40,764 nucleotides of DNA from a virus (taxonomy: Duplodnaviria > Caudoviricetes): the IMG/VR virus record IMGVR_UViG_3300024310_000017, positions 1-40,764 of that record; one strand, 5' to 3'. Positions 7,671-17,256 of this stretch are shown one piece after another. The notes under the pieces were generated by a model. The model made no database searches and was not told the origin of the DNA. It saw nothing but the letters and a program-made list of their open reading frames with translations. Made by a program: the position numbers and the translations under genes. Every line of letters begins with the position of its first letter. The first letter of the stretch is position 1.

Positions 7671-8402
7671 CTATGGCAAAACGCCCTCGCGAGACATAAC
7701 GCGGTAAACAGCCTCGCCGTCGAAAACGTCGTAAAAGGCGTTCACTCCTTCTTCCCCGTCGATTTCTGGTGGCCGCAGTTCCCAATTCACCAGATCACGG
7801 GACCGCTGAAAGCTGTAGATGTGATTTGTGTGCGCATAAAACGAAACTCTGAACAGCCGACAATCGCAATCCGGGTCCATGATTGAGGCAGCTGTCAAAA
7901 CCAATCCTGGAGTTACCTCGCGCGGAAGCGGCGGAATCCGCACCGTCTGTGCTATCCTTGGTGAAAGCTGTGCAGCCATGGCCACACTGAAGGGACGCAA
8001 CCATGGAAGCGGACCGACGTTGCGAATTCTTACCAACCACTGATCTATTGTGATCGGATAAGGAAAGGTCCAGTTTGTTCCGGTCTCCGTCCAATTCCAG
8101 TTCCCGAAATCTCCACCGAGACTCGCCCACTGATTTCCGCAACGGGTCCAAGTGGTCCCGCCGTCAATGGTATATTCGGGGATCCAGATGTTATTTGTGT
8201 CCGGCAGCTGCCAGTAAGCAGCCCAGCCCTGATGAGGAATGCCCAAAGGATTGTTGGCCCCGGCAATGGTCGTGAGTCCGATCGTGGACGCAGTGACATC
8301 AGTTGCGAGGCGCAGATTTTGGGGCGCAGCCGGAGGGGATTGAGCCAGAGCTGCGAAGCAGACGAGAAAGAGGAGGGCGGGTTTAATTATATGACGTTTC
8401 AT
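7671..8402 (-). CDS. Exported protein with verrucomicrobial-type C-terminal domain
   Basis: ATG 8402 gives signal peptide MKRHIIKPALLFLVCFAALA-Q; PAAPQNLR; C-terminal YSFQRSRDLVNW...VYRV. Confidence 0.75.
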   Translation of the reverse strand: MKRHIIKPALLFLVCFAALAQSPPAAPQNLRLATDVTASTIGLTTIAGANNPLGIPHQGWAAYWQLPDTNNIWIPEYTIDGGTTWTRCGNQWASLGGDFGNWNWTETGTNWTFPYPITIDQWLVRIRNVGPLPWLRPFSVAMAAQLSPRIAQTVRIPPLPREVTPGLVLTAASIMDPDCDCRLFRVSFYAHTNHIYSFQRSRDLVNWELRPPEIDGEEGVNAFYDVFDGEAVYRVMSREGVLP

Positions 8403-8444
8403 TTTGGGATTAAGATTCGCTGCAAAGTCAGATTGCATTTTGCG

Positions 8445-8729
8445 TCATTCCTTCCCGTGCAATCTGCTCCAACAATCCGCGCAGACTACGCGAAGCCCCG
8501 CGGCCAATCGCACGACATGAAAATCTCCAGGAGGCACGTCAAAGCCCAAGCCGCATGATTGGCAGATGCAGCGGGCAGGCGGCGGATTCTCGCGCCACTT
8601 GTCCCAATACGTCTTGGCGATCTGGAACGCATGCTGGCAAAGCACGATGAGCACAATGATAGGCCCCCAGATGGGCGCGGTAATGGCCACGAGCGCGACC
8701 AGGAAACAATCGAGGAAGCGAAGAGTCAT
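8445..8729 (-). CDS. Membrane protein with CxxC/CxxC zinc motif
   Basis: Hydrophobic N-terminus; CQSC and CADC. Confidence 0.6.
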   Translation of the reverse strand: MTLRFLDCFLVALVAITAPIWGPIIVLIVLCQHAFQIAKTYWDKWRENPPPARCICQSCGLGFDVPPGDFHVVRLAAGLRVVCADCWSRLHGKE

Positions 8730-10564
8730 CTTACTGCGTCAGAAATTTCAAAGCGATTGCTGCCGGTCAGGAATCCGATATAACCCTCATTATTGGTGAC
8801 GGTGGCCATTGTCGATCCGTAGAGCCGCATCTGGCATGCGGCCGATGCGTTGATCGAGGCCACCGTATTGCTGGAGATAAGCACGCAATCCCGCAAGGTC
8901 GAGTTCGTGCCGGCCGTGGCGAACGAGAACGGATTGGCATACATCGATCCGATCTCGCGGGTGATGAGCTTGCAGTTGTCCAGATTCACCTCCGCGTCGC
9001 CCCATGTCTCCACGGCAATGCCAGACTGGGCCTCGATGGTGGCGCGTTTCACGGTAAGGGTCGAAGTATCTACACGCAGGCAGGGGCCGGCCCGAGACTT
9101 CAGCTTGAGCGCCTCGATGTAGATGAACGATCCGGCGTTGCACATATCCAGCAGGATGTCGTCGGTTTCAAAAACGCCATCTCCGGTGATGTAATTGGTG
9201 GTTGCTCCAAGGGTGCATTCGTCGAAGAAGAACTTCCCGAACGTGCTGTTGGTGTAGCGGGCGCCGTTGAAGAAGTGCCAGTTAATCGCTTTCTTGTGGA
9301 GGCTGTGCTCGTTATAGATACCGGGCAGAACCATGATCGTATCTCCGGCCACGGCATTGGTTTTAGCCATGCCCAGACTGGCGAACGGTTTATCCAGGCG
9401 CCCCCGGACTCCGGTCGCGTCGCTCCCGTTAACCTTATCGACCCAGAGAAGATTTCCGGTCGGAAGACTCGACAAGCCGCTGCCTCCAGCCGAGACGACA
9501 TTGAACACGACAGATGTTCCGGTCATCGTGAAATGCATGTTCGTTCCGGCCTCGACCGCAAGCATCCTATTGGTTACCCCAACCTTGTCCAACGCGAGCG
9601 GTTTGACCGTAGCGTTGGACGCCGCTGGGCTTCCAAGCACATTGGCTTCGCCGCCCCCCGTCGCTGATTGAACGGTGAAAAAGTTGGTTCCGCCGCGCGA
9701 AATGACAAACATCGCGCCGTAGTTGTTCGTGATGATCTTGCCGCTTGGGGAACCGTCGATGAAATCTCCGCTCTGAACGGCTACGGTAATGTTGCTGAGC
9801 GCGGCATTTCCGCCCTCGTCTTTGATCACGAACAACTGATTGCTGCAAGCTGCGGCATTGGTCAGCGTGAGCGTGACGGCGCCGGTCTTGGAATTGGCCC
9901 CGACATAAAAATCGTTTGTCATGATGGACAGGCTCCCCGCGGCGCGCTGCTTGCCCGACCATCCACCCCCCTGCCTGAATAAACCCGGCCCGATGCTCAG
10001 GGTGTCAAAGCTCACATTCCCCAGGAACGTCGGCAGTAAGAACGACCAGTTGCTCATTGCGCGCGCCGTCGCGTATTTGTCCAGGCCATAGACGAGCTCG
10101 TTAGCATTGTTTGTCCGATTGGTCTCCGGCAGCGTATCGAATGGCAACGCCAGATCGTATTGATTGGTGCCAGAAAGCGCGCTCGTCGTGATGCTGCACC
10201 AATCCCCCAGCTGCGTAGCCACCATCGAAACGCCGCTCAGAACAATGCTGTTGCTGCTGGCCCAGCGGACCGTCGTCCCGAGCGTCGGGTAATTGGCGAT
10301 CGCAAAGAACAGATTGGTCGTGCTTTGATTTGTCCCAAGTAGATTGGTCTGGATCGTGGTCGAGCTAAATTGGTTCGTCCACCGCAGCAATCGCGCCCCG
10401 CTCGAGGACGAGAAATAGAACACATTGCTCGTTACGGGCGCATTGGTGACCGTGACCGTGACGCGGGAAAGGCTGGCCCCTTGGACTTGCCGCACGGAGA
10501 GCATGTGCATTGCGGCAAGGAGCGCCAGGAGTGGGGCCAGCCTGAAATTAAAGTTGTGGCTCAT
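8726..10564 (-). CDS. Tail fibre/spike-like protein with C-terminal pectin-lyase-like beta-helix and an N-terminal signal peptide (612 aa)
   Basis: ATG 10564 gives MSHNFNFRLAPLLALLAAMHMLSVRQVQG-A. LWVDKVNGSD...KPFASLGMA...AGDTIMVLPGIYNE is a typical beta-helix cap. VIKDEGGNAALSNITV is a fibre motif. Confidence 0.78.
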   Translation of the reverse strand: MSHNFNFRLAPLLALLAAMHMLSVRQVQGASLSRVTVTVTNAPVTSNVFYFSSSSGARLLRWTNQFSSTTIQTNLLGTNQSTTNLFFAIANYPTLGTTVRWASSNSIVLSGVSMVATQLGDWCSITTSALSGTNQYDLALPFDTLPETNRTNNANELVYGLDKYATARAMSNWSFLLPTFLGNVSFDTLSIGPGLFRQGGGWSGKQRAAGSLSIMTNDFYVGANSKTGAVTLTLTNAAACSNQLFVIKDEGGNAALSNITVAVQSGDFIDGSPSGKIITNNYGAMFVISRGGTNFFTVQSATGGGEANVLGSPAASNATVKPLALDKVGVTNRMLAVEAGTNMHFTMTGTSVVFNVVSAGGSGLSSLPTGNLLWVDKVNGSDATGVRGRLDKPFASLGMAKTNAVAGDTIMVLPGIYNEHSLHKKAINWHFFNGARYTNSTFGKFFFDECTLGATTNYITGDGVFETDDILLDMCNAGSFIYIEALKLKSRAGPCLRVDTSTLTVKRATIEAQSGIAVETWGDAEVNLDNCKLITREIGSMYANPFSFATAGTNSTLRDCVLISSNTVASINASAACQMRLYGSTMATVTNNEGYIGFLTGSNRFEISDAVR

Positions 10565-11180
10565 GATGAATTTGTCCGCTGTCGTCGAAATAAACGAGGA
10601 TCGGGATTCCGCTGGGCCGGCTGAGCATAATGAAGCCGTCGCAGGGATTGGCCGGGTCGCTGCCATCCTTGGGAATGGCGATGGACTTAACCCAGGCTTG
10701 CGTTGCCCCGATTTCAACCGGAGGAATCGTGAGCGTCGCCGAGGTGATGTAGGTCTTCCTGAGCGTGACCGGCCGCTGATATGCCTTGATGATGTTGCCG
10801 CCCGAATCGGTCACCTGACATTCAAAAGTGCAATCCACTTTGACGGAGCCACCCAGGGCATTGGTTACCGCGGCGCTGTCATAGACAAGCGTCCCGACCT
10901 TGCTGGACGTTGGCGAAACGTCCGTGAACGTGTCCTGGAAAGCCAACTCGACATCGTTTGAGGTGCGGAACAGTCCGACCTTGAGCGAATAGGCTCCCGG
11001 AGCGACGAGGATCCACGGGATCTTGCTGTCCCCGCTCTCATTGCGGGTCATCAGCGTGTACTCGACTGATGGAGATTCACCGCGGTAAAAGTCCGGCAGA
11101 AAGAATTCATCCCGGCTCGTCGCGTGGGAAACCAACTTTTTGGAATCCACCACGTTGTAAAGTCGGAGCTGTTGCGCCAT
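10548..11180 (-). CDS. Baseplate/fibre anchor protein (BppU N-terminal-like)
   Basis: Position after tail-tip genes; Ig-like pattern FYRGESPSVEYTL...FECQVTDSGG; no signal peptide. Confidence 0.5.
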   Translation of the reverse strand: MAQQLRLYNVVDSKKLVSHATSRDEFFLPDFYRGESPSVEYTLMTRNESGDSKIPWILVAPGAYSLKVGLFRTSNDVELAFQDTFTDVSPTSSKVGTLVYDSAAVTNALGGSVKVDCTFECQVTDSGGNIIKAYQRPVTLRKTYITSATLTIPPVEIGATQAWVKSIAIPKDGSDPANPCDGFIMLSRPSGIPILVYFDDSGQIHHEPQL

Positions 11181-11202
11181 GTGATTTTTAGGGGTTAGTC
11201 AA

Positions 11203-12177
11203 CTATTCCCCAGGAACCCCGAAATCCATCGTTTCGTTTGGGTTGGCCATGATGTATGCGCTCGGCGGATTTGTGTCCCCAAGGAAAGCGCCGCCGCCGA
11301 ATAGTCCGGGATCGAACAGCGCAAACATATTGATCGCGTTCCCAATCTTGCCAGCAACAATTTCTCCCGTTCCGTTCGGAAATGCCTCGCCGGGATCGGG
11401 AGGCGGTCCAGTGGCCCATGTCCAGGGTCTGTTAGCTACTAGATCGAAATCCTGGATTTCATCGCGGAGCGTTTTGAACGGGCTCGAAGTAAAAAAGGCA
11501 TCACAGTTCCAGTATGCCACCAGTTTGTCGGCTTGCGGCGTGCTCGACAATCCGACACCGGCCCCACCATTCACATCAATGGTCGATTGTGCTTCGGTGA
11601 GGTAACTGCGCCAGATTGCGATCTCATCGTAATAAGCCACGGCGGAACCATCGAATTGTGACTCTCCATTTTCCCCGGTTGAACGCATTGTGAACCCCCA
11701 ACCGTCAGCAGCGGGCATCGGACCCATCGGGGGAACTTCAAGAAAATTTCGGATTATTGTAAAAAACGGCCCCTCATCTATCTCCATGAATATATGTCCA
11801 GAGCCGGTTGCTGTCTGCCTCACATAACCGGCAACGACATGCATATAATTTCCGATCGACGTGAAAGTGACGAGCTGGCTTGCTCGCACGTAAACTGTGC
11901 CATGGCTGCGGCATACCATTTCCAACCCATTCCCTCCGGCGCGGATGCCCCACCAATCCGAAGTTTCATCCTTAAACCACCGGAAGAGATAAAGTGGAAT
12001 CACTCCGGCGTCATATCCGAAATTAACCCCTTGGACATTGAGCGTGGTTTGCTTATACCAAAAGCGGAGGGTGAAGGTGCCGTCAAACTCATCCCGGACC
12101 ATCGCGTTGCGAATCGGAGACTCTTTCCCTACGTTGAATGCTCCACTTTCTGCCGGAGAGTTGAAATCGAACGGCAT
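11203..12177 (-). CDS. Tail-associated LamG/concanavalin-like protein
   Basis: FTLRFWYK, YMHVVAGY, YYDEIAIWRSYLT, LVAYWNCD, GKIGNA motifs. Confidence 0.7.
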   Translation of the reverse strand: MPFDFNSPAESGAFNVGKESPIRNAMVRDEFDGTFTLRFWYKQTTLNVQGVNFGYDAGVIPLYLFRWFKDETSDWWGIRAGGNGLEMVCRSHGTVYVRASQLVTFTSIGNYMHVVAGYVRQTATGSGHIFMEIDEGPFFTIIRNFLEVPPMGPMPAADGWGFTMRSTGENGESQFDGSAVAYYDEIAIWRSYLTEAQSTIDVNGGAGVGLSSTPQADKLVAYWNCDAFFTSSPFKTLRDEIQDFDLVANRPWTWATGPPPDPGEAFPNGTGEIVAGKIGNAINMFALFDPGLFGGGAFLGDTNPPSAYIMANPNETMDFGVPGE

Positions 12178-12180
12178 GCC

Positions 12181-12786
12181 TCAACTCGATTTCATCCAGG
12201 CGCGGGCGTCGCAGTTAAGATCCACCCATTGCGTGGCGTGAAAGTCCGGCGAAATGTCCGTTCCCAAATTGAAGACGACCTGCAACTCGGTTGACGGTGC
12301 CGCCAGAATCACGTCATCTTCCAGGAACCGCGGAATGATGGTCTCTGTTTCCGAGGCGTCGCCATCGGTTACGGTCCGAAACGTCGAGGAATGATATTCG
12401 TACTCGAGCGTGTGAGTCTCGGTCACGAGCGTATCCGTTTCATCCAAACTCTCGACCTCGATATCGATCGAGGTTCCGTCAAATACGTCGGCCCTTAGGT
12501 AATAGCTCTTGGCCACATAAACGTCATTGCTGCCCTCAACCTTTCCGTTCCATGGCCGGCAAATCAGATAATCGGAGTCGCGCCAATCCTTGATCCGAAA
12601 TTGGGTGATGCCGACCGGCAGCTCCGGGATAGCCCGACGGAACGTCCCGACCATGGTCCGGCTCGTATGAACGCCCTGGGCAATCATTGGCGATTGCATC
12701 ACGGCGAAATCGCGCAATCGGTTCAGCCAATCCCCAAGTGCTTTCTGGTTTCGCAGCGGTGGCAGCGGTGGAGGGGCGGTAATCAT
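12181..12786 (-). CDS. Putative tail-tip protein
   Basis: Second gene after the tape measure; ATG 12786 overlaps the upstream stop. Confidence 0.55.
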   Translation of the reverse strand: MITAPPPLPPLRNQKALGDWLNRLRDFAVMQSPMIAQGVHTSRTMVGTFRRAIPELPVGITQFRIKDWRDSDYLICRPWNGKVEGSNDVYVAKSYYLRADVFDGTSIDIEVESLDETDTLVTETHTLEYEYHSSTFRTVTDGDASETETIIPRFLEDDVILAAPSTELQVVFNLGTDISPDFHATQWVDLNCDARAWMKSS

Positions 12787-13565
12787 ACGAGCGTATAAAG
12801 AAGCGTGCTCCAGGCCGCAAAAACCCAATCCTTGGATTCTTCGATTTTGTTCAATCCGGGCAGGAAAACCGAATTGTCCTGGCGCTGTTTCCAGGCCCAG
12901 GCCGTGTGAGCAGGAGCGATGAATGGATTGGCCGGCAGCGTTCCGGCGACCTCTGGCGGGATGGCGAATGTCGCGATCAGCGATGTGGTCGTGAAAATCC
13001 GCTCCAGCGCATTGGCAATCGAAGGGGTGGCAAAATTGACACTGATGGTTCGGCGAAGGCGAAGCACGAAACGCTTGATCTCGTGGGCCTCCGTGCCGCG
13101 GGCGTATAGCTCGTAAATCATCTGTTGCTCATCGGCGATCGTTGGAGTCGGATCGGCATCGGTAGCGTAGAATTGGGTCAGGGTCAGATTGCTCTTGAGC
13201 GCGGCCTTGATGTCCTGGACCCATTTGTTGAGCGTGGCCGCCGTGCCCGCCGCGAAGATGACGTTTGGGTTGTTGCGCAGATCCTCCTGGATGTATTCGG
13301 TGACGCGCTCCCAACGATCAATCGGCTGCTCCGTGGTTCCGCCGCTTTGCACCTCGCCATAGGAAACGGCCATCCGGTAGATCGGCCCTTCGCCCTGCTG
13401 GACTCGGCATTTTCCACCCGAGGGGAGGATCTCGTTTCTGGCAACGGTGATCAACGCTTCCTCGCTGCCTTCCCAATGTTGGATCTCTTGTTCTCCGAAA
13501 TTGGGGTCAAAGACCGTCTCAGTGCTGACGATTCGTGCGGTAGTGTTTCCAATTACGGCAGGCAT
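12783..13565 (-). CDS. Putative distal tail/hub protein
   Basis: Immediately downstream of the tape measure gene. Confidence 0.55.
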   Translation of the reverse strand: MPAVIGNTTARIVSTETVFDPNFGEQEIQHWEGSEEALITVARNEILPSGGKCRVQQGEGPIYRMAVSYGEVQSGGTTEQPIDRWERVTEYIQEDLRNNPNVIFAAGTAATLNKWVQDIKAALKSNLTLTQFYATDADPTPTIADEQQMIYELYARGTEAHEIKRFVLRLRRTISVNFATPSIANALERIFTTTSLIATFAIPPEVAGTLPANPFIAPAHTAWAWKQRQDNSVFLPGLNKIEESKDWVFAAWSTLLYTLV

Positions 13566-13568
13566 AGA

Positions 13569-14948
13569 TCAGAGAGCATATTCTTCGCCAGCAAGCTCGA
13601 CCTTGGTGTTCTTGGCGATTTCCTCAGTCGCTAGGGCCGTCCTCTCGGCCAGGCTCTCCATTTTGCTCTGCGCGCTGCTTGAATAGCCGCCCACGCGGGC
13701 CAGAGAGTCGGTGATGTATTTGTCCTGATCTGGTCTGCTCTTCATCTTTTTCAACTCAAGCTCCCTCTTGCTGATATCCTCCTGCATCTGGAGCAGTTCT
13801 AAATCCGTTGCGCCGCCGACATCGCGCTCGAATTCCATCCTCTTTTTCATCGACGCTATCTCTTCGGTAGCCTGCCGCTCTTTCTCCTGCTCACTCTTTC
13901 CCTCCATGGCCTCCTTGCGCTTGGATTCGGCGATTCTCTCCCGGATGGACAGCATCTTGGCGGCTTCGGCGACCTGGGCCTTGTCCAATTTCTCCTCGGT
14001 CTCCTTGCGGGCTCTGACCGCTTTCTCCTCCTCCTTGGATTCCGGCACGTCCTGAAGTCTGCCCTTTTTGGCGGCTTCCATGCGGGCATCCCGGGCCTCG
14101 TTGCTTCCCTTTTCCTCCGCGTCAACTTCGGCCCTGGCGGATTTGAGCATTTCTGCGATCTCCTCCGGCGTTTTGCCGCTCGCAAAACCCTCACGCCGGG
14201 TCTGTCCCCAGAGCACCATCTTTTCTAGCCAAAACGATGCCTTCTCCCAATTAGTGAGTATCGGCATGGCGACATCCTCTGCCATGATCGCCCGGATTTG
14301 TATCCATAGCGTTTTGATCCGGTCCGACGCCTCCGCCATCGCCAGGACGCTATCGGTCGGGATGACCGCTCCAACTTTCTCCGCCTCGGCCGCCATATCC
14401 GTTAGACCCTCCTTGAATGCCGGCACCAATTCCCTCGCATGCTTTCCCATGGTGGCCGTCAAATCTGCGAGCAACTGCCCGTCCACGGCCGCGTTCCTGA
14501 TGTGCTCCCCGACCTGATAAAAGTTATGGACGAAATCTTCCGTGTTGTTGATCTGCTCCTTGCTTAAGCCCATCCGTTTGAACGCTTCAAAATGTTCCCC
14601 TCCAGCGCCCTCGGCTCTGGCCTTGGCTTGGGCGATTCCGAACCGTTCGACGGCTTTTGTAACCTCGTCCAGGCTTGAATTGGTGAGCGTCGCTGCGTAA
14701 TCCAGTTTTTGGAGATCCTCAACATTGATCCCGGTCCGCACACTCAGGTTCTTAATTTTGTCGGCATACTCGATGACCTTTTCGACCTGGTTCTCGATGG
14801 CACCCACGGAGAAGATTCCGGCCAACGCGCCGCCGACGTGCGAGACTATATGGCTTCCGACCTCGGAGGCAGTGCCCTGAATGTGGCGCATGGTGGCGTC
14901 AAACCCGCTGGCATCGGCTAAAACTTTTGCTGAAATCTCAAAAGCCAT
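13569..14948 (-). CDS. Tail tape measure protein (short, 459 aa)
   Basis: ISAKVLADASGF N-terminus; LSVRTGINVEDLQKLDYAA; Ala/Glu/Lys-rich helices; synteny. Confidence 0.88.
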   Translation of the reverse strand: MAFEISAKVLADASGFDATMRHIQGTASEVGSHIVSHVGGALAGIFSVGAIENQVEKVIEYADKIKNLSVRTGINVEDLQKLDYAATLTNSSLDEVTKAVERFGIAQAKARAEGAGGEHFEAFKRMGLSKEQINNTEDFVHNFYQVGEHIRNAAVDGQLLADLTATMGKHARELVPAFKEGLTDMAAEAEKVGAVIPTDSVLAMAEASDRIKTLWIQIRAIMAEDVAMPILTNWEKASFWLEKMVLWGQTRREGFASGKTPEEIAEMLKSARAEVDAEEKGSNEARDARMEAAKKGRLQDVPESKEEEKAVRARKETEEKLDKAQVAEAAKMLSIRERIAESKRKEAMEGKSEQEKERQATEEIASMKKRMEFERDVGGATDLELLQMQEDISKRELELKKMKSRPDQDKYITDSLARVGGYSSSAQSKMESLAERTALATEEIAKNTKVELAGEEYAL

Positions 14949-14950
14949 TC

Positions 14951-15568
14951 TTATTTCCTTTTCTTAATCAACTGGAGTCCTAGAGACGCGGCTTTGGCCC
15001 TCGCGGCATCGTCGGTCGTCTTATCGTCTTTGCTGTAAATTCTCACCGCCCCTTCCTGTTCGCCGTGCGTTAAATACAGATTCCACGCATTTGCCAAAGG
15101 CATATCCATTGCCTCGCTTACCGAGAGTCCGAGTCGGCGCAGTTGGAACAACTGAAGCATCGCCAGTAACGGCGCTCCTGGCTTTGCGATCGGCCTGGAA
15201 TATTTCTGCTTTACCGGGTTCGACACGAACGTCAGGGGCCAGCCAGCATTGACATATTTAGCAAACTTGTTGGACTTCTCCGTCAGCGAGAAATCTCCGC
15301 ACCGCTTCTGCCATTTACGAATTTTCTTCGGAATAGAATCATCCTGCACCGCGGCCATGTTCTCAGCCCAGGTCTGGCAGCAGATAAAAACTCCCATGAA
15401 GAGATGAATTCGGAGTGTCAGATCGTCGGAGGCAATGCCGGTCCGGAAAACGTTCTCATGCCGCTGCAAGAGGATCTCGTGACCAACCGAATATGGCCGG
15501 AGCCATTGGCCAAGAAGCCGGATCGGTTCCTGGACAACTGAGTTTAGGAATTGCTGCTCTGGTGTCAC
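14951..15568 (-). CDS. Putative tail assembly chaperone
   Basis: Between tail tube and TMP; LGLSVSEAMDMPL motif. Confidence 0.6.
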   Translation of the reverse strand: MTPEQQFLNSVVQEPIRLLGQWLRPYSVGHEILLQRHENVFRTGIASDDLTLRIHLFMGVFICCQTWAENMAAVQDDSIPKKIRKWQKRCGDFSLTEKSNKFAKYVNAGWPLTFVSNPVKQKYSRPIAKPGAPLLAMLQLFQLRRLGLSVSEAMDMPLANAWNLYLTHGEQEGAVRIYSKDDKTTDDAARAKAASLGLQLIKKRK

Positions 15569-15593
15569 GGTGCCGGAATCCAGCCGGCTACCG

Positions 15594-16025
15594 TCAGGTG
15601 CTCGGCGTGCTGATGTCGGTCGAATACTGCATGCAGGGAAGTTTCATCTTCGCCTCTGCCTCGTTGGTAAACTCGATCGTGCCCCCGCCCACATAGATCC
15701 AGACATCGCTATTGAGATCGGCGCCGGCATGGTCGGCGAGCTCGATCTTGGATCCCGGGTCCGGTAGATGCATGTTCTCGGCCGCAAGCGCGATTGCCCC
15801 ATCGCCCGCCGGCGCAGTGGGGTAGAAATCGATCGATGCCTTCTTTGTCCGATTATAGAAGGTCATCCCGACGACTTCGCCCTTGCGATTCTTGTGCTCG
15901 TAGGTCTTGACCTGATCTTCAAAGGAAATTTTGGTGATCTCGGCGCCGCTGGCGGCAACGCCAGTGTATTGGATCGTCCCATCGATCCCGAACACCACCG
16001 CTTTTCCGATTTGGGATTCGGGCAT
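15594..16025 (-). CDS. Putative major tail tube protein
   Basis: 143 aa, beta-rich; synteny upstream of chaperone/TMP. Confidence 0.65.
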   Translation of the reverse strand: MPESQIGKAVVFGIDGTIQYTGVAASGAEITKISFEDQVKTYEHKNRKGEVVGMTFYNRTKKASIDFYPTAPAGDGAIALAAENMHLPDPGSKIELADHAGADLNSDVWIYVGGGTIEFTNEAEAKMKLPCMQYSTDISTPST

Positions 16026-16028
16026 AGG

Positions 16029-16406
16029 TTAAGTTTGGATAGCCAGGAAAACGATCTGTACGTCGGCCGTTGTTGCCTTCGCATAGAGCGTGGTCGTTCC
16101 GTTTGGAGAAGACACGGTTGAGCCAGTATTCGCGGCAATGGTCGCGATCGTATTTACCATCCCGTTATCAGTTGCGATATCGATCGGGTTTGCCGCGTCC
16201 AGATTTTTAACCAATAGATAGCCAAGCTGGCCTTCGGGGATGCTGTCGCCGATGTCCAGTTGCACGGGCGCGGATTCCGTGATTACCTGCGTTTGCTCCG
16301 TGTAATTCGTGCCGACCTGATCGACGTTCGTCGTGCTGGAAACAGAAGCAGTGGATGCAGAACCGGCAACTTTCAGCGTGATGGTTTGAGTGATCTTGTT
16401 AGCCAT
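16029..16406 (-). CDS. Virion protein, paralogue 3 of tandem triplet
   Basis: ATG 16406 MANKITQTITL; LGYLLVKNLD motif. Confidence 0.75.
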   Translation of the reverse strand: MANKITQTITLKVAGSASTASVSSTTNVDQVGTNYTEQTQVITESAPVQLDIGDSIPEGQLGYLLVKNLDAANPIDIATDNGMVNTIATIAANTGSTVSSPNGTTTLYAKATTADVQIVFLAIQT

Positions 16407-16414
16407 AAAAAGAG

Positions 16415-16789
16415 TTAGAGTTGCGCTGCCCAGACCGTCACATCGCAGGCCGCCGTGTTGGCCCTGATCCAATACGCAGCGGTTCCGCTGTGGGCACAAA
16501 TGAATGCGAACTTTAGCGGAGGAATCTTGGCGAAAATCTTCGTCCCGCCGCTGTCGATGGCGACTTCGATGTAATTGGTTGAGCTTCCGTTTTTAAAATA
16601 AACGTAGCCCAGATCGGACGTGATTGCCCCGAGGTAAACGGAGGTCCATGTAACGGTCGGGAAATTCTGGATGGCATAATAGCCAAATCCCCCGACCGCA
16701 ACTTGGAGGGTTGATAGTGACGCACTGGTCGCCAGTGGCGGCACACTGGAGAGGGACAACGAAATTGAACCTGTAACTGTTTTTGCCAT
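16415..16789 (-). CDS. Virion protein, paralogue 2 of tandem triplet
   Basis: MAKTVTGSISL; LGYVYFKNGS motif. Confidence 0.75.
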   Translation of the reverse strand: MAKTVTGSISLSLSSVPPLATSASLSTLQVAVGGFGYYAIQNFPTVTWTSVYLGAITSDLGYVYFKNGSSTNYIEVAIDSGGTKIFAKIPPLKFAFICAHSGTAAYWIRANTAACDVTVWAAQL

Positions 16790-16795
16790 AAAAAT

Positions 16796-17230
16796 TTATG
16801 CGGCCATTATTACAGCGTCATAGAGAACCGAATCGCTACCTGTAATCATGTAGTTGGCCACGCCGGTTGGAGCGCCGAGATTGCTCATGCCTCGCCCGAT
16901 CCTCACCAACATCGCCTCGCCTGGGTACAATCTCGCTATCTCTAAACCATACTGATATGAGATTTGATCCGGGTTGACGACAAAGATGTAAATAAACTCG
17001 CCTATTGGGTCGATATTTTTCACCCATAGCCATCCAGGAGTTCCACCCAGTATTGGATAGACATTAGTTGCCAATGGGATCGCCTGGCTGAAGTCTGGCG
17101 CTAACCCGATCATGCGAACAAATCTTTTCGTCGTGGGCGTCTCAATGACGGTTGAAGTTGCATTCAGGATCTGAACGCTTGGCGTCGGAGAAAATGAAAT
17201 CGTTGCTGTGGCGGAGATTTCGTTGGCCAT
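16796..17230 (-). CDS. Virion protein, paralogue 1 of tandem triplet
   Basis: MANEISATATISF; PGWLWVKNID motif. Confidence 0.75.
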   Translation of the reverse strand: MANEISATATISFSPTPSVQILNATSTVIETPTTKRFVRMIGLAPDFSQAIPLATNVYPILGGTPGWLWVKNIDPIGEFIYIFVVNPDQISYQYGLEIARLYPGEAMLVRIGRGMSNLGAPTGVANYMITGSDSVLYDAVIMAA

Positions 17231-17256
17231 ACGATAACGGCGAACGAGTCAACCCA

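Noticed and set aside
10565-10717. Longer ORF-track starts (10717, 26533, 8438, 17874, 16499, 20875, 5634 and others)
   Set aside because: The extensions overlap upstream genes or regulatory boxes; downstream ATGs give coupled stop/start overlaps and expose signal peptides.
14951-15593. Lambda G/GT-type programmed frameshift in the tail chaperone
   Set aside because: A single ORF runs to 2 nt before the TMP start; no second-frame ORF or convincing slippery heptamer seen.
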